Shown: in pieces, positions 22,678 to 24,000 of the stretch | How the letters are laid out: each line of letters starts with the position of its first letter | Numbering within the stretch: position 1 is the first letter of the stretch | NCBI RefSeq assembly: GCF_030813165.1 | Contig: NZ_JAUSTZ010000008.1 | Span: forward strand, 182,655 to 206,654 | Length of the DNA stretch: 24,000 bases | Direction: 5' to 3' | DNA from: Metabacillus niabensis | GTDB lineage: Bacteria; Bacillota; Bacilli; Bacillales; Bacillaceae | Notes under the pieces: model-generated | Databases searched by the model: none | What the model saw: only the letters and a program-made list of their open reading frames with translations | Told to the model about the DNA's origin: nothing | Translations under genes and position numbers: made by a program

Positions 22678-22711
22678 TTAATTTCATTCCTCCATATTTT
22701 AAATCACTCTA

Positions 22712-22740
22712 TTGACATTATAACCAAAAACTCATAATAT
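22712..22740 (+). promoter_or_regulatory. Sigma-A promoter for the nucleotidyltransferase gene
   Basis: TTGACA (22712-22717), 17-nt spacer, TAATAT (22735-22740). A minus-strand TATAAT (22717-22722) for the GntR gene overlaps it. Confidence 0.6.
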
Positions 22741-22748
22741 TTAAAGTG

Positions 22749-22766
22749 AATTGATACATACCAATT
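22749..22766. promoter_or_regulatory. GntR/HutC-type operator, site 3
   Basis: AATTGATACATACCAATT (ATTGATA-CA-TACCAAT), 9 nt downstream of the -10. Confidence 0.5.
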
Positions 22767-22857
22767 TTAGGAGGTGGTATTTACGTATTTTAGTTAATCG
22801 TTATAAAGGGTTATTTTAAATAAGATCGATTTATTAAATAAAATTGGAGTGATTACT

Positions 22858-24000
22858 TTGAAAACAGCCATTATACTTGCTGCAGGAAAAGGTAAAAAAA
22901 TGTGGCCATATAATGAATATTGGCCTAAAGCAGCCTTACCAATAGCAAACCAAGGAAACATTGTCCATTTAGTAAATAATCTTAAGAGTTTAGAGTTTGA
23001 ACGAATTATTGTTACTACAAGTTATTTAGGGCGGAGGATTAAATCCCTTCTTTGTGAGATTGAAGGGATTGAAATAATTGAACTTTCTACTACGGAGGGG
23101 ACCGCAGACTCTTTAGAAAAGGTTGTGCAAGATCTCCAGGAACCCAACCTCTTTATTTTTTATGGAGACTTATTTATTACCCAAGAACGATTAAGTAGTT
23201 TTATTGATGCTTATCAAATGCAATCAGACACTTTGGATGCCCTTATATTATCAAAACCAATAGAAAACGAGCACGCACAGGATTGGTTCGGAATCTCTAT
23301 TGGAGAGGATCATCGAATTAATAATATTTTTGGACACCCTCGTCCACATTATGTACAAGAAAGAGTAATGGGGGCTTTTGCTTTAAATACTATTGCACTT
23401 AAAAGAATGCTGATCCATAATCCAGGCTTCATGAAAAGTGTGCCTACTGGAGTTATGCCACAGCAGGAAGTTGAGTTAGAGCAATGCTTGCAATGGTTAG
23501 TCGAAGAAGGATACAAAGTTTTATCTTATCCGATAACAAACGGAGCCATTGATATTGATAAACCATGGCACCTTATGCAGGCAAATCATTTAGCTTTATC
23601 CGAAATAACAAAAGTCCTCGATAAAAATGAAATTCATGAGACGTGTGAAATTCATGAGACAGCCGATATCCAGGGATATGTAAAGCTTGGAAAGCATGTA
23701 AAAATAGGTAAATATGTAACGATTAAAGGAAATGCCATAATTGGTGATTATACCACACTAGATAACGGTGTTGTTATCGAAGGAAATGTAGTAATTGGTT
23801 CCCATTGCCGGATAGAAAACTTTTGTCGGATTGGACCAGACAGCGTAATTGGACATAAAAATCGGATTGGACATTGTGCAGAGTTCAAGGGCGTTACTTT
23901 TGATAACGTTAGTTTCATTCATTTTGGTGAAGTTTTCGGAATTATTGGTGAATCTACAGATATAGCTGCGGGAGTTACTGTAGGAATTACTCGTTTTGAT
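22858..24000 (+). CDS. GlmU-like sugar nucleotidyltransferase with a C-terminal left-handed beta-helix (hexapeptide) domain; partial, continues past the window end
   Basis: Not in the track because it is open-ended. TTG 22858 follows TTGGAGTGA. LKTAIILAAGKGKKMWPY... is an NTP-transferase G-loop variant. Later hexapeptide repeats: IGKYVTIKGNAIIGDYTTLDNGVVIEGNVVIGSHCRIENFCRIGPDSVIGHKNRIGHCAEF. The frame is open for 381 codons to position 24000. Confidence 0.75.
   Translation, partial: MKTAIILAAGKGKKMWPYNEYWPKAALPIANQGNIVHLVNNLKSLEFERIIVTTSYLGRRIKSLLCEIEGIEIIELSTTEGTADSLEKVVQDLQEPNLFIFYGDLFITQERLSSFIDAYQMQSDTLDALILSKPIENEHAQDWFGISIGEDHRINNIFGHPRPHYVQERVMGAFALNTIALKRMLIHNPGFMKSVPTGVMPQQEVELEQCLQWLVEEGYKVLSYPITNGAIDIDKPWHLMQANHLALSEITKVLDKNEIHETCEIHETADIQGYVKLGKHVKIGKYVTIKGNAIIGDYTTLDNGVVIEGNVVIGSHCRIENFCRIGPDSVIGHKNRIGHCAEFKGVTFDNVSFIHFGEVFGIIGESTDIAAGVTVGITRFD

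Overview
AT-rich, Bacillaceae-like (low-GC Firmicute) accessory region made of four juxtaposed modules. (1) 1-11065, all on the minus strand: a T7SSb-style polymorphic-toxin cassette. It encodes a DUF4176-containing protein, two small helical partner proteins, a 597-aa toxin with a PT-TG-like motif and a CdiA-CT/PD-(D/E)xK-like C-terminal nuclease, and a tightly coupled immunity gene. A strong terminator follows, then a co-oriented island of about 11 small candidate orphan immunity genes: ankyrin, two pentapeptide-repeat proteins, and one paralog family present as an intact, a start-codon-lost and a decayed copy. (2) 11300-14290: two tandem paralogous winged-HTH (Rep-like) genes, then the DUF1659-DUF2922-YvrJ small-protein trio. 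A shared CGCTACT-N16-18-TATATATAG motif sits in front of three of the genes, and a dense array of GGGGAC(A/T)GTCCCC palindromes lies between the DUF2922 gene and yvrJ. (3) 15400-17897: a decayed Tn3-family transposon remnant. It has a tnpA N-terminal fragment, a tnpR with two frameshifts, a candidate res site, an orphan EcsB-like permease passenger and one Tn4430-like 38-bp terminal IR. (4) 18191-24000: a GntR/HutC-regulated amino-sugar-like cluster (APC permease, ROK kinase, YdjC/ChbG deacetylase, divergent GlmU-like nucleotidyltransferase) with three copies of a GGTA-NN-TACCAAW operator. I saw no rRNA, tRNA or CRISPR. All family assignments come from reading motifs by eye, without database searches, and need HMM or structure confirmation.
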